Below the pieces are notes generated by a model, which made no database searches, had not been told where the DNA came from, and saw only the letters and a list, made by a program, of their open reading frames with translations. A DNA stretch of 51,392 bases from a virus (taxonomy: Duplodnaviria > Caudoviricetes). This document shows, piece by piece, positions 1 through 8,923 of the stretch (position 1 is its first letter; the number at the start of each line of letters is the position of its first letter). The stretch covers positions 1 through 51,392 of IMG/VR virus record IMGVR_UViG_3300048861_000045; one strand, written 5' to 3'. The position numbers and the translations under genes are program-made.

Positions 1-127
1 TTCACCGAGCCAGGTTTTTTGTCGATTGCTGATTGGCAAGGACCGGCCTACGAATCGTACACCTATGCTCGCATTCGTGACTTCTGGATGTGGGCAATTC
101 AGTCGAGGGAAGCTCGACAGTTTCATA
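1..127. repeat. 127-bp terminal overlap identical to 51266-51392 (circular assembly, complete genome)
   Basis: The first 127 nt match the last 127 nt exactly, and an ORF reads through the junction. Confidence 0.95.
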
Positions 128-561
128 CATTCTGCTGCGATAGTTTGTCGCAGCTTGCAGAGATCATCCTTGAAGAAGAGTTCGCTGAACAGGCATCAGG
201 TAAGAACAAGAACGCTGATCCTCGCAATGCTTACGGCAATATGTCGAAGAAGGTCATGGAGATTTGCAACTGGATTTATTTCGCGAAAGACTTCAACGCA
301 ATCCTGATTGCTAAAGAAGGTTTCGATGACGAGAAGAAACGTTTTCGTCCCTACTTTCCAGGCCAAGATTTGAACGTCAAGATTCCACACTTGTTTGATT
401 CGGTGTGGCGTATGGAAGAGATCAAACTTCCGAACGGTACACCGCAACGTGTTATCCGCACACAAAAGAACTACTCCGCGTTTGCGCGAGATCGAAGCGG
501 CAAGTTAGCAGAGATCGAACACGCAGACTTCAACTATCTCATCCAAAAAGCACGATCATAA
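1..561 (+). CDS. 3' part of AAA_24/Sak4-like recombination ATPase
   Basis: Walker B-like CCDSLS, LIAKE, FDSVWRM and ARDRSG motifs; directly followed by a DUF669 SSB gene, the usual pairing. Confidence 0.8.
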   Translation, partial: FTEPGFLSIADWQGPAYESYTYARIRDFWMWAIQSREARQFHTFCCDSLSQLAEIILEEEFAEQASGKNKNADPRNAYGNMSKKVMEICNWIYFAKDFNAILIAKEGFDDEKKRFRPYFPGQDLNVKIPHLFDSVWRMEEIKLPNGTPQRVIRTQKNYSAFARDRSGKLAEIEHADFNYLIQKARS

Positions 562-576
562 CGAGGACAAGACAAC

Positions 577-1383
577 ATGGCATTTTTCAACTTTGACGAT
601 TCGCAAGATCAACTGCAACAGAACCTCGAACCGCTGCCTCCAGGTTGGTATCCGGCAGTGATGATCGAATCTGAACTGGTGCCCACAACGAACAAGGACG
701 GCGTTCGATTGAAGTGCGTCTTCGAGATCATCGATGGCCCAGGCAAAGGCCGCAAGCAGCAGTGCGGTTTCAACGTCGAAAATCCGAATCCTGAAGCCGT
801 TCGCATTGCTCGTAGCGAACTGAAGACGATGAAGGTCTGCATGGGTGTTCTTCATCCAATTGGCGACACTCAGGAGCTTCACGGTCGACCGTTGCAGATT
901 CGTTTGGCCAAGCAGAAGGATAGCGACTACAACGAAGTCAAAGGCTTCAAGTCTGCAACTGGTCAGGACGCGAAAGATGTTCTCGCTGCCGGTGGTGGAG
1001 CTGCGCTTCCTCCGATGGGCCACCAGCAGCAGCCACCCCAGGGCTTCGGCAATGCACCTGCTGCTCCCTATAGCGCACCGCCTGCTCCTCCAGCTCCACC
1101 GGCTGCTCCTGCTGCCGATCCTACTGCTGGCTGGCAGCGTCAGAACGGTTACCGTCTGAACCCTCACACGAACGCTTGGGAACAGGATGTGCCTGCTGCA
1201 CCACCCGCGCCACCGGCACCGCCTGCTGCTCCTCCTGCGCCTCCTGCTGCTGCATGGGCACCGCCTGTCGCACCGCAAGCTCCACCGGCACACACAGCGC
1301 CTCCAGCACCCCCTGCGCCGCCTGCATGGACTCCGAACACCGCACCGCCTGCACCGCCGTCTTGGACGCCTCCTGCGGCCTAG
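577..1383 (+). CDS. DUF669-type single-stranded DNA-binding protein with a long Pro/Ala-rich tail
   Basis: EPLPPGWYPAVMIESE...FEIIDGPGKGRK...NEVKGF; C-terminal PPAPPA repeats; RBS GAGGA. Confidence 0.8.
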   Translation: MAFFNFDDSQDQLQQNLEPLPPGWYPAVMIESELVPTTNKDGVRLKCVFEIIDGPGKGRKQQCGFNVENPNPEAVRIARSELKTMKVCMGVLHPIGDTQELHGRPLQIRLAKQKDSDYNEVKGFKSATGQDAKDVLAAGGGAALPPMGHQQQPPQGFGNAPAAPYSAPPAPPAPPAAPAADPTAGWQRQNGYRLNPHTNAWEQDVPAAPPAPPAPPAAPPAPPAAAWAPPVAPQAPPAHTAPPAPPAPPAWTPNTAPPAPPSWTPPAA

Positions 1384-1449
1384 CGTGTCGTCTATAGCCC
1401 ACACATGGGCGGCTTGTACAGCGCCCATTCACTTTTGGAAGGAGAGAGT

Positions 1450-1998
1450 ATGGCATCTCTGATGGATCACAAAGTAAATATCGGTATCGAAGCGATCTTC
1501 GACGGCAATGCAGCGAAGGCCGCAATCATCAACAACCTTGCTTTGGATGTTCACGAAGCAAACGCAAAGTGGTGGATCGATCTCCAGACTGGTGAGCCGC
1601 TGAAGCGCAACATTGGCGAGCTGCTGTGCCTCGTTCACAGCGAGATTGATGAAGCTCAGCAAGGTCGACGCAACGAACAAGAGATGGCGAACAACATCTA
1701 CGCTCTCTATCAACAGACAGTTTCGATCAATGGAGCCAACGCAGAAGCGTTGCTTGAGCTTCATCGTGCAATCAGCAGAGCGATGGAAGGTCATCGCAAG
1801 TCGATTGCTGACGACAAGCTTCCTCATCGCACCATGTTTGAAGTCGAGCTTGCAGATGCCTTCATTCGCATCCTCGATCTCGCTGCTGGCAACAACCTCG
1901 ATCTCGGCGGTGCATACGTAGAGAAGATGGCCTACAACGCACAGCGAGCCGATCACACACGCGAAGCTCGCCTCGCTCCTGGTGGAAAGGCTTACTAA
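1450..1998 (+). CDS. MazG-like NTP pyrophosphohydrolase
   Basis: ELLCLVHSEIDEA, MEGHRK, EVELADAFIRILDLA and EKMAYNAQR; RBS GGAGAG before the ATG at 1450. Confidence 0.8.
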   Translation: MASLMDHKVNIGIEAIFDGNAAKAAIINNLALDVHEANAKWWIDLQTGEPLKRNIGELLCLVHSEIDEAQQGRRNEQEMANNIYALYQQTVSINGANAEALLELHRAISRAMEGHRKSIADDKLPHRTMFEVELADAFIRILDLAAGNNLDLGGAYVEKMAYNAQRADHTREARLAPGGKAY

Positions 1999-1999
1999 C

Positions 2000-2620
2000 A
2001 TGCGCACACTGCGACGAATTGTGATTGCGCTGCTGACAGTTTCGATTGGCTTCTCTACCGCCGTCGTGACATCTGAGACCTGCCGCAAGGTCACGTTCGA
2101 TGCTCTGTGGGCAGCAAAGTTGAAAGCTCAGAAGATTTGGAACAAGAACAATCCTGGTTACGTGAAAGAGCACAACCTGACGCGAGATATGTCGAAGCAA
2201 ACTGCTCGTTCAAAGGCTTGGCTGAAGAAGCAATTGGAGGTTCAGTGTGCGAGTTTGGTTGATGATGTTCTTGCTGGTAGCGATGGCCTGGGAATTAGAG
2301 ATATCGATTCTATGGCCCTTGTTGTTCCTCTGTTCGAAACTTCTGCGGACCTACCGCTTGAAGATGCTCAGTTATCACAACTGATCGCTAAGCAGGAGTA
2401 TCCAAGTTATGAAAATCCTTCGCGTGATGCAACGGATGATGGAGGGTTCGGAACCAACCCAGGCTTTGGTGGTTGGTATGGCGGTGGTGGCTATGCTGGC
2501 GGTCATCCTGGGAGCGGCAATAGCGTTCCTCCACCCATAACGACGGTGCCCGAGCCGTCGACGTTTGTATTGGTCTTTGCACCGTTCCTATCTTTGTTCT
2601 TTCTGAGGAAGAGACGATGA
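2000..2620 (+). CDS. secreted PEP-CTERM sorting-domain protein
   Basis: N-terminal signal peptide MRTLRRIVIALLTVSIGFSTA, Gly-rich linker, C-terminal VPEPSTFVLVFAPFLSLFFLRKRR. Confidence 0.85.
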   Translation: MRTLRRIVIALLTVSIGFSTAVVTSETCRKVTFDALWAAKLKAQKIWNKNNPGYVKEHNLTRDMSKQTARSKAWLKKQLEVQCASLVDDVLAGSDGLGIRDIDSMALVVPLFETSADLPLEDAQLSQLIAKQEYPSYENPSRDATDDGGFGTNPGFGGWYGGGGYAGGHPGSGNSVPPPITTVPEPSTFVLVFAPFLSLFFLRKRR

Positions 2621-2871
2621 GCGAGCGCTTCTGTCACTACTGCGAACAACCCAAGTGCAAGTGCCGTTATCGTGCCGGTCGCAAAGGCGAGTTCTCACTT
2701 GAATGTCAGAACCACTCGCGACAAACAACCATCGGCGAATTGAAGAAGTTTGTCTCTGCAATCACTCTTGACGACTCGACGCCTGCTGTATGGCTGATGA
2801 GTTACACAACGATTGATCCCAACAAACCAACGAGAACGAAAGCTAAAAGCAATGAGCCGTCCGTGCGGTAA
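2617..2871 (+). CDS. hypothetical protein, Cys-rich N-terminus
   Basis: ATGA overlap with the upstream gene; CHYC..CKC. Confidence 0.6.
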   Translation: MSERFCHYCEQPKCKCRYRAGRKGEFSLECQNHSRQTTIGELKKFVSAITLDDSTPAVWLMSYTTIDPNKPTRTKAKSNEPSVR

Positions 2872-3061
2872 TCCCCTCTGTGGGCTTCATCGTGGTCACA
2901 AAGAGAATCATCGAGAAACAGTGTTGTTGGCATACGAAGCTGCTGATGAACTTCTATCGAAGTATCTAGGACCGCTCCACCCTGTTCGTTCTGAACTACG
3001 AAAGCTGATAAAGAGACATGATCCAGCCAGTAACAAAACTAGTTCAAATAACTCCTGTTAG
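2852..3061 (+). CDS. hypothetical protein (CxxxxC..H..H)
   Basis: Fills the operon gap and overlaps its neighbours. Confidence 0.5.
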   Translation: MSRPCGNPLCGLHRGHKENHRETVLLAYEAADELLSKYLGPLHPVRSELRKLIKRHDPASNKTSSNNSC

Positions 3062-3932
3062 CCCACAAGAGGCCGCGCAGTTCGATCTCTCTACGGCTGA
3101 CGGGAGATTCCAAATTGCTGATCGCTTGCTGCGCGATATAAACGAGTGGTGCAAGAAGGCATTCGATGATGGACCGCGTACACACCTTGGAGCTTCGATC
3201 ATCGCGGCAGAGTGCGACCGGCACATCTGGTATAGCTGGCGCTGGTTCAAGCACAAGATTTTCAGTGGCACTATGCAGCGACTTTTTCAAGATGGTCACT
3301 GGTACGAAGAGCGATTCATCGAAATGCTTCGTGGCATAGGTTGCACTGTGACCCAGGTTGACGACGACGGTGGTCAGATTCGCATCTACGACGTGCAAGG
3401 TCACTTTGGTGGATCGACAGATGGCTCTACGTTTCTTCCTCCGAGCTATAACCTACCAGTCAATTTTTTACTCGAATTCAAAACGGCTAACGACAAATGG
3501 TTTACTAAGTTCCACGATGTAGCGGAGAGCAAGCCTCAACATTGGGGTCAGATGTGTGTGTACGGATACAAGCGCGGAATCAAGTATGGAATCTATTTCA
3601 TCGTGAACAAGAACGATTCTGATCTGAAGATCGAGGTTGTTGAACTTGATTGGGCTTATGCTAAGCAACTAATCGACAAAGGCGAGTGGATTATTTATTC
3701 GCCGGTTCCACCTGCCAAGCTCAGTGATAACCCTTCAGACTGGCGCTGCAAGATGTGCGATCATCACAGCGTTTGTCACATGGGAGTCGAGCCGGATGTC
3801 AACTGTCGAACGTGCCGCCATTCATCGGCAATCGACAACAAGCAATGGAAGTGCAATCGTTGGAACATACTTATCCCTGGTCAGGTTGAAGCATTATCTG
3901 CTTGCACTGGCTACGAACGTTTGGTAGTCTAA
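3018..3932 (+). CDS. Cas4-like/PD-(D/E)xK exonuclease with probable Fe-S and Zn cysteines
   Basis: HLGASIIAAECDRHIWY, GSTDG, LLEFKT, QMCVY, CKMCDHHSVC and CRTC. Confidence 0.85.
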   Translation: MIQPVTKLVQITPVSPQEAAQFDLSTADGRFQIADRLLRDINEWCKKAFDDGPRTHLGASIIAAECDRHIWYSWRWFKHKIFSGTMQRLFQDGHWYEERFIEMLRGIGCTVTQVDDDGGQIRIYDVQGHFGGSTDGSTFLPPSYNLPVNFLLEFKTANDKWFTKFHDVAESKPQHWGQMCVYGYKRGIKYGIYFIVNKNDSDLKIEVVELDWAYAKQLIDKGEWIIYSPVPPAKLSDNPSDWRCKMCDHHSVCHMGVEPDVNCRTCRHSSAIDNKQWKCNRWNILIPGQVEALSACTGYERLVV

Positions 3933-3942
3933 AGTCGACATC

Positions 3943-5598
3943 ATGATTCAACTACGCCAATATCAAGAGGAAGCCGTACAAAGCGTTTTCGATTACTACG
4001 CTAGCGGCAACCAGGGCAACCCGGTGATCGCGATGCCCACAGGAACCGGTAAATCGGTCGTGATCGCTGAGTTTTGCCGCCGAGTTCTCCAGCATTGGCC
4101 GACACATAGGATCGTGGTTGCGACACATGTCAAAGAGCTGGTAGAGCAGAACGCTAAGAAAATGTTGGAGATATGGCCGACTGCACCTGTCGGCATCTAC
4201 TCAGCCGGTCTCGGCTCCCGCGACACGATGCAGTCCATCATCTTCGGCGGTGTAGCCTCGATCATTGGCGCTCAGGAGCGCTTTGGACTCCGGCACCTGA
4301 TGTTGGTCGATGAGGCGCACCTAGTGTCGCCTATAGTCGATAGCACGTACCAGAAGGTCATCAAAGGCTTCAAGCTCCTCAACCCTAACTTCAAGACTAT
4401 CGGCCTGACAGCGACCGACTACAGGACGGGACAGGGCGACATTGCCGGTGAGGGCAACCTGTTCACGGACGTTTGCTGCGATCAGACCAGCTTGAACAAG
4501 TTCAACTGGTTTATCAGCGAAGGTTATCTGTTGCCCCTGGTGCCTAAGCGCACCATGACTGAGCTTGACGTTAGCAACGTATCGATCACCAACGGCGACT
4601 ACTCGCAGAACGAGTTGCAGAAGGCTGTCGATCAGTACGGAATCACCTATCAGTGCTGCCGCGAAATTATGGAGTATGCATCGCAGAGACGGTCATGGCT
4701 GATTTTCGCATCTGGCGTCGAACACTCCGAACACGTTGCTCAGTGCTTACAGACGTTAGGTATTCAGGCTGCTGCCGTACACGCAAAGTTGACGAAGGCT
4801 GAACGTGACGAGCGAATCACTTCGTTCAAGAATGGAACGCTGCGATGCATAGTCAACAACAACGTTCTGACGACTGGATTCGACTACCCAGGTCTCGATT
4901 TTATCGGCATCTTGCGGCCAACAACCAGCACTGGTCTGTGGGTACAGATGCTAGGTCGTGGTACACGTCCTCTCTACTTCCCTGGTTACGATCTCAGCAC
5001 AAAGGAAGCTCGCCTTGCAGCAATCGCCCACAGCAGAAAACAGAACTGCCTCGTCCTCGACTTCGCCGGTAACACACGGCGTCTTGGCCCTATCAATGAT
5101 CCTGTGCGGCCTAAGAAACGCGTCAAAGGCAGTACGCCAGGAGTCGCACCTATCAAGATTTGTCCGAAGTGCGGCGTTTACAACCATGCTTCCGCAACGC
5201 GATGTGAGAACCCTGCCTGCGATGCCGTCTTCGAGCGAGCCGCAAAGCTCCTTCATGAAGCCAGTCGCGCCGAACTTATCCGTGCTGATGAACCTGTATA
5301 TCAGACCTTACCAGTCCAGCGGGTCTTATACACCAAACAGAACTTGAAGGGTAGACCGCCTGCATTGAAGGTTAGCTACTTCTGCGGCATGGATCACGTA
5401 ACAGAGATGCAGTTCTTCGAGAACAAAGGATCGTTCGCTCGCACTTCTGCGCGTCGTTGGTGGAGAGAGCGCAACGCTGGTGAACCACCAGATACGGTCG
5501 ATCTCGCGTTACAGATGCAGGAGTTTCTTCGCGAGCCTAAAGCGATCAAAGTCCAGTACAACCTCAAAAATCCGAAAATCGAGGAGTACATCTGGTAA
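3943..5598 (+). CDS. superfamily 2 DEAH helicase (RadD/YejH-like) with Zn ribbon
   Basis: LRQYQ, PTGTGKS, VDEAH, GLTAT, LTTGFDYP, QMLGRGTR and CPKC..C..C. Confidence 0.92.
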   Translation: MIQLRQYQEEAVQSVFDYYASGNQGNPVIAMPTGTGKSVVIAEFCRRVLQHWPTHRIVVATHVKELVEQNAKKMLEIWPTAPVGIYSAGLGSRDTMQSIIFGGVASIIGAQERFGLRHLMLVDEAHLVSPIVDSTYQKVIKGFKLLNPNFKTIGLTATDYRTGQGDIAGEGNLFTDVCCDQTSLNKFNWFISEGYLLPLVPKRTMTELDVSNVSITNGDYSQNELQKAVDQYGITYQCCREIMEYASQRRSWLIFASGVEHSEHVAQCLQTLGIQAAAVHAKLTKAERDERITSFKNGTLRCIVNNNVLTTGFDYPGLDFIGILRPTTSTGLWVQMLGRGTRPLYFPGYDLSTKEARLAAIAHSRKQNCLVLDFAGNTRRLGPINDPVRPKKRVKGSTPGVAPIKICPKCGVYNHASATRCENPACDAVFERAAKLLHEASRAELIRADEPVYQTLPVQRVLYTKQNLKGRPPALKVSYFCGMDHVTEMQFFENKGSFARTSARRWWRERNAGEPPDTVDLALQMQEFLREPKAIKVQYNLKNPKIEEYIW

Positions 5599-6407
5599 TG
5601 CCGCGATCAAATGATTTGATAGGACAGAAGTTCGGTCGTTTGCAAGTAGTCTCGGTTTCGCGCATTCATAAATATAAAACTTACTTCTTTTGCGTGTGCG
5701 ATTGCAACACACAAGCAACTGTTGAGAAAGCGCGATCCGAGTTAGTTGCAGGAAAAACAAGATCGTGCGGATGTTTGAGAAAAGAGATCGCAAAAGCACA
5801 ACTCATTGATCTCACAGGACAACGTTTTGGTCGATTGTTTGTGAAATCTGTTTCCGCCAATCAATCGTCTAGCAGAACAAAATGGTTGTGCGTGTGTGAT
5901 TGTGATCCAAAAACGACACTCGAAGTCGCAGGAAAAGAACTAAAGAACGGTGAATCGCAATCATGCGGATGTATCCGAAAAGAGCAAGCCAAACGTCTCG
6001 GTCAAAGCAATCTTGTTGATCTAATCGGCCAACGGTTTTGCAGGTTGACTGTGAAGGCTGCTTGGCAAGACGAACTTGATCATTCTTGTGCTTATTGGCT
6101 ATGCGTTTGCGATTGCGATCCCACAAAGCTAAGACGCATAGCCGGTTCATCATTGATCACCGGCAAAACAAAGTCCTGCGGATGCTTGAATCGAGATACA
6201 TCTACCAAACAAGTAAGAAAACTTTCAAAGAAAGAAAAAATCTCTGTGCATGAGGCTTTGGAATATATAACGCTTCAGGAAAATGCATTGAGCGAAGCTC
6301 AAATCGATCCGGCATGGAATGAACACGTTTCAAACGAGCTTCAACGTCGAAGCAATCCGTATGCAGGCGCAAAACTAGACACAACCAAACCGGCACCCTG
6401 GGAATAG
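5598..6407 (+). CDS. homing-endonuclease-associated protein with three tandem 'G.rFGrL...C.CDC...SCGC' modules and no recognisable nuclease domain
   Basis: Three repeats of DLxGQxFxRL...CVCDC...GxxxSCGC; DNA visibly AT-richer than the flanks. Confidence 0.7.
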   Translation: MPRSNDLIGQKFGRLQVVSVSRIHKYKTYFFCVCDCNTQATVEKARSELVAGKTRSCGCLRKEIAKAQLIDLTGQRFGRLFVKSVSANQSSSRTKWLCVCDCDPKTTLEVAGKELKNGESQSCGCIRKEQAKRLGQSNLVDLIGQRFCRLTVKAAWQDELDHSCAYWLCVCDCDPTKLRRIAGSSLITGKTKSCGCLNRDTSTKQVRKLSKKEKISVHEALEYITLQENALSEAQIDPAWNEHVSNELQRRSNPYAGAKLDTTKPAPWE

Positions 6408-6410
6408 CAT

Positions 6411-6656
6411 ATGAAAACTTTGCTACTAAAGCTGTGGAACTGGATCAAGCTTCGCATCGATGGTCCGCTTGAACCTGGAATTTATGTAGTTGAGGAACAA
6501 AGCCAGCTAAGCCGATTGCAGCAAGAAGACGAAGACGAGCGGTCAATGGTTCATGTCATCGATGGCAATTGGTACGTACGCATGAAGAACGGGGATGACT
6601 GCTTAGTAGGTACGGTCATTACCGGCGATTGGCTACAAGACAAATGGTTGAGATAG
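6411..6656 (+). CDS. hypothetical protein
   Basis: Tight operon spacing. Confidence 0.6.
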   Translation: MKTLLLKLWNWIKLRIDGPLEPGIYVVEEQSQLSRLQQEDEDERSMVHVIDGNWYVRMKNGDDCLVGTVITGDWLQDKWLR

Positions 6657-6664
6657 AGGAATTT

Positions 6665-6883
6665 ATGAGCCAGTCACACCACACAACGACAAAGATATTG
6701 CCTCGTCACCTAACTAAAGGTTGTTTGGTATGCGGTGCTAGCAAAGGTAGCAAGTGCAAAGGCAGATACGGCCAAGCAATCGCAGGCACCCATTCAGAAA
6801 GAGCGAGAGCAACCAAGCATGAACAGAGTTTACGTACCGGTGTGTTCGAAATGCGGTCATCCGATCAACTCAAAGAAGCATAA
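6665..6883 (+). CDS. small Zn-finger protein (CxxC...C...H)
   Basis: CLVCGASKGSKC...THSER; RBS GAGGA. Confidence 0.6.
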   Translation: MSQSHHTTTKILPRHLTKGCLVCGASKGSKCKGRYGQAIAGTHSERARATKHEQSLRTGVFEMRSSDQLKEA

Positions 6884-6889
6884 AAGGGA

Positions 6890-7126
6890 GTGCAACAAAT
6901 GATCAGCTTCACTATTGGTGAAACAACAATTGAATGCAACGATGCCGAGTATGCAATCAAAATCCTCGCTGACCAAATAGCGAGCCTGGAAGAGCGATTG
7001 ACAAAGCTTGAACCTAAGCAGCAAGAGCTAGACCTTTGGTTTGGTTGCAACTGTGTTCAGCCTTGGCTTGCAATGGGCAACCCTAACTGCCTGCGATGCG
7101 GCAAAGCCAATCGAGTCAAGGAATGA
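6890..7126 (+). CDS. hypothetical protein
   Basis: Operon position; coiled coil plus CxC/CxxC. Confidence 0.55.
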   Translation: MQQMISFTIGETTIECNDAEYAIKILADQIASLEERLTKLEPKQQELDLWFGCNCVQPWLAMGNPNCLRCGKANRVKE

Positions 7127-7323
7127 ATCTTTGGGACCGTCAATACGAGAGTGAAGCGATGAAGAAGTGGACCGAAGAAGACAAACTAAAGTCGTGTGCT
7201 CGGTGTAACAGTACGAATGATGAAGGACATGCTTTGTGCTTTCATTGCCGCGATTGCGGATATATGCAATGTTGCGCTGAAGCTTACGTAAAGAAGGATA
7301 AGAATGGCTCCTCGAAAGCCTAA
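7123..7323 (+). CDS. hypothetical Cys-rich protein
   Basis: ATGA overlap; CARC..CFHCRDC..CC. Confidence 0.55.
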   Translation: MNLWDRQYESEAMKKWTEEDKLKSCARCNSTNDEGHALCFHCRDCGYMQCCAEAYVKKDKNGSSKA

Positions 7324-8428
7324 ATCGATCAAACCGCTGTTCGTCAACCATCTGCTTGAGGCTGTAAAGTTCGTCAGCCATGCGCAGAAGAGCAAGGGTG
7401 ACGAGATGGCGACACACAGCACCATCCGCTACGGCAACATCCTTGCATTCGACCGTACCGTGGCGGCTGGCGCTCGCGTGATCGAGGAAGACCTTGACTG
7501 CTGCCCACAGACTGAACGGCTCCTGCTGGCGCTAGAACGCTGCGCAGAAGAGCACACAATCATTCAGCAGCCTGATAGCCTCTTTGTGCGCTCAGGCGAG
7601 TTCTCAGCCTATGTACCCCTCTGCGATGCCTCCAAGCTCACCATACCCATTCCTGATCCTCCGGTAGCGCCTCTTGGTGACGAGTTCAGGGCCGCGCTCA
7701 AGGCGACGAGCGTCCTGGTCAAGGAAAACGCTCCTACGGTGCTTCAGAGCTGCATCCAGATAGGCGCATACTCGGCCTGCTCCACCAACGGAACCGTCAT
7801 CATCGAGGCTTGGCACCCCTACGACATGCCTCCGGGCGGTTTCCTGATCCCCAAAGCCTTCGCAGAGTCCGTCCTGAAGATCAGGAAGGGTATCAAGTCT
7901 TTCGGCTTCTCGATGCCGACGATGCCCGGTCTTGCGACGTTCACGATCCACTTTGACGACGCGAGCTGGCTGCGCACCAATCTCTACAAAGAGAAGATTC
8001 CTAATATGCTCTCGAAGCTGGTGTCCTGCTCGCTCGCTCCAGCTCCCTTCCCTGTGGGCTTCTTTACCCAGGTGGAGCAGATTGCGAAGTGGTCAGAGGA
8101 TGGCCGTGTATACATCAACGACAAAACGATCTCGTCTCATCCTCCAACCATCGAACGTAGCGGCAGCGTGTTGACATATCCAATCGAAGACATGATCAAC
8201 GCGAGCTATCCAATCGCGGCACTCAAACTGATCTCGAAGCTCGCGACACACTACAACGATATTGCTGCCGACAAGATCACGATGTTCTTCGGTCACAACT
8301 TGCGCGGTGCGATTGCTCGCGAACCGATTGAAACCAAACACGTCGTTGATCCTAATAAGCCACTGTGCGCAGATTGTCCGAAACGCACCAACCCTAACGA
8401 GATTTGCGATTGCGACATACCGTTTTAG
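7304..8428 (+). CDS. DNA polymerase processivity factor (beta-clamp-like)
   Basis: About 370 aa, located upstream of the PolB gene; the pattern STNGTVIIEAWH..MPPG..LIPK resembles phage clamp-like proteins; ends in DIPF. Confidence 0.6.
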   Translation: MAPRKPKSIKPLFVNHLLEAVKFVSHAQKSKGDEMATHSTIRYGNILAFDRTVAAGARVIEEDLDCCPQTERLLLALERCAEEHTIIQQPDSLFVRSGEFSAYVPLCDASKLTIPIPDPPVAPLGDEFRAALKATSVLVKENAPTVLQSCIQIGAYSACSTNGTVIIEAWHPYDMPPGGFLIPKAFAESVLKIRKGIKSFGFSMPTMPGLATFTIHFDDASWLRTNLYKEKIPNMLSKLVSCSLAPAPFPVGFFTQVEQIAKWSEDGRVYINDKTISSHPPTIERSGSVLTYPIEDMINASYPIAALKLISKLATHYNDIAADKITMFFGHNLRGAIAREPIETKHVVDPNKPLCADCPKRTNPNEICDCDIPF

Positions 8429-8438
8429 GAGAGAGACA

Positions 8439-8678
8439 TTGATCAGTATCCGCGATGATGGCTATAAAGCCCTACAGGACGTAGCAAGAGAGCTTCAGCG
8501 CTTGTTGAATCATGTACCTGCAAATCAGAGAGCGCGAACCATGCGTTGCTACGCTCGCGTCAATGACGTTCTTGCAGGCGCGGACGATCTAATGCGCGAA
8601 CAGCCAACACAACGTCCACGCATAGCTCAATTCAACGATGTGCCACCTAAAGGATGGACAGGACCAGCTAACAAATGA
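8439..8678 (+). CDS. hypothetical protein
   Basis: RBS AGGAGAG then TTG start; stop overlaps the next ATG. Confidence 0.5.
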   Translation: MISIRDDGYKALQDVARELQRLLNHVPANQRARTMRCYARVNDVLAGADDLMREQPTQRPRIAQFNDVPPKGWTGPANK

Positions 8679-8923
8679 AGATCACTTCGATAATGACTCG
8701 CACTGCTATTCGGTTCATAAAACCGCTAGGAACTAATCAGGCGGTACGCACACCAATCTACATTGCCCGTCGATGCTGGCATGGTAGGGACGCATTGATG
8801 TTGCGAGAGGATCAGACGCTTGGCCGGGTCTACTCCGATGGATTTTGCTATGCCGACTTCATTCCAACCTTCAGCGATCTGGTTGCTGCTGATTGGTTCA
8901 TCGTAACGGAACTTGGTAAATGA
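8675..8923 (+). CDS. DUF2829/Tad2-like protein
   Basis: IARRCWHG...FIPTFSDLVAADWFIV resembles the family signature R..WNG...PSQTD.LA.DW. Confidence 0.6.
   Translation: MKITSIMTRTAIRFIKPLGTNQAVRTPIYIARRCWHGRDALMLREDQTLGRVYSDGFCYADFIPTFSDLVAADWFIVTELGK

Noticed and set aside
1-127. 127-bp terminal repeat as biological genome termini
   Set aside because: It falls inside a gene and equals a common assembler k-mer length, so it is best read as a circular-assembly overlap.
556-1525. Long antisense and alternative-frame ORFs (e.g. 556-1428 minus, and similarly 27069-27944 plus, 28122-28850 plus)
   Set aside because: They are shadows of real genes or of GC-rich repeats, with no motifs or RBS.
3018-3932. 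Cas4 as part of a CRISPR-Cas system
   Set aside because: Solo Cas4-like exonuclease in a standard recombination module; no other cas genes or array.
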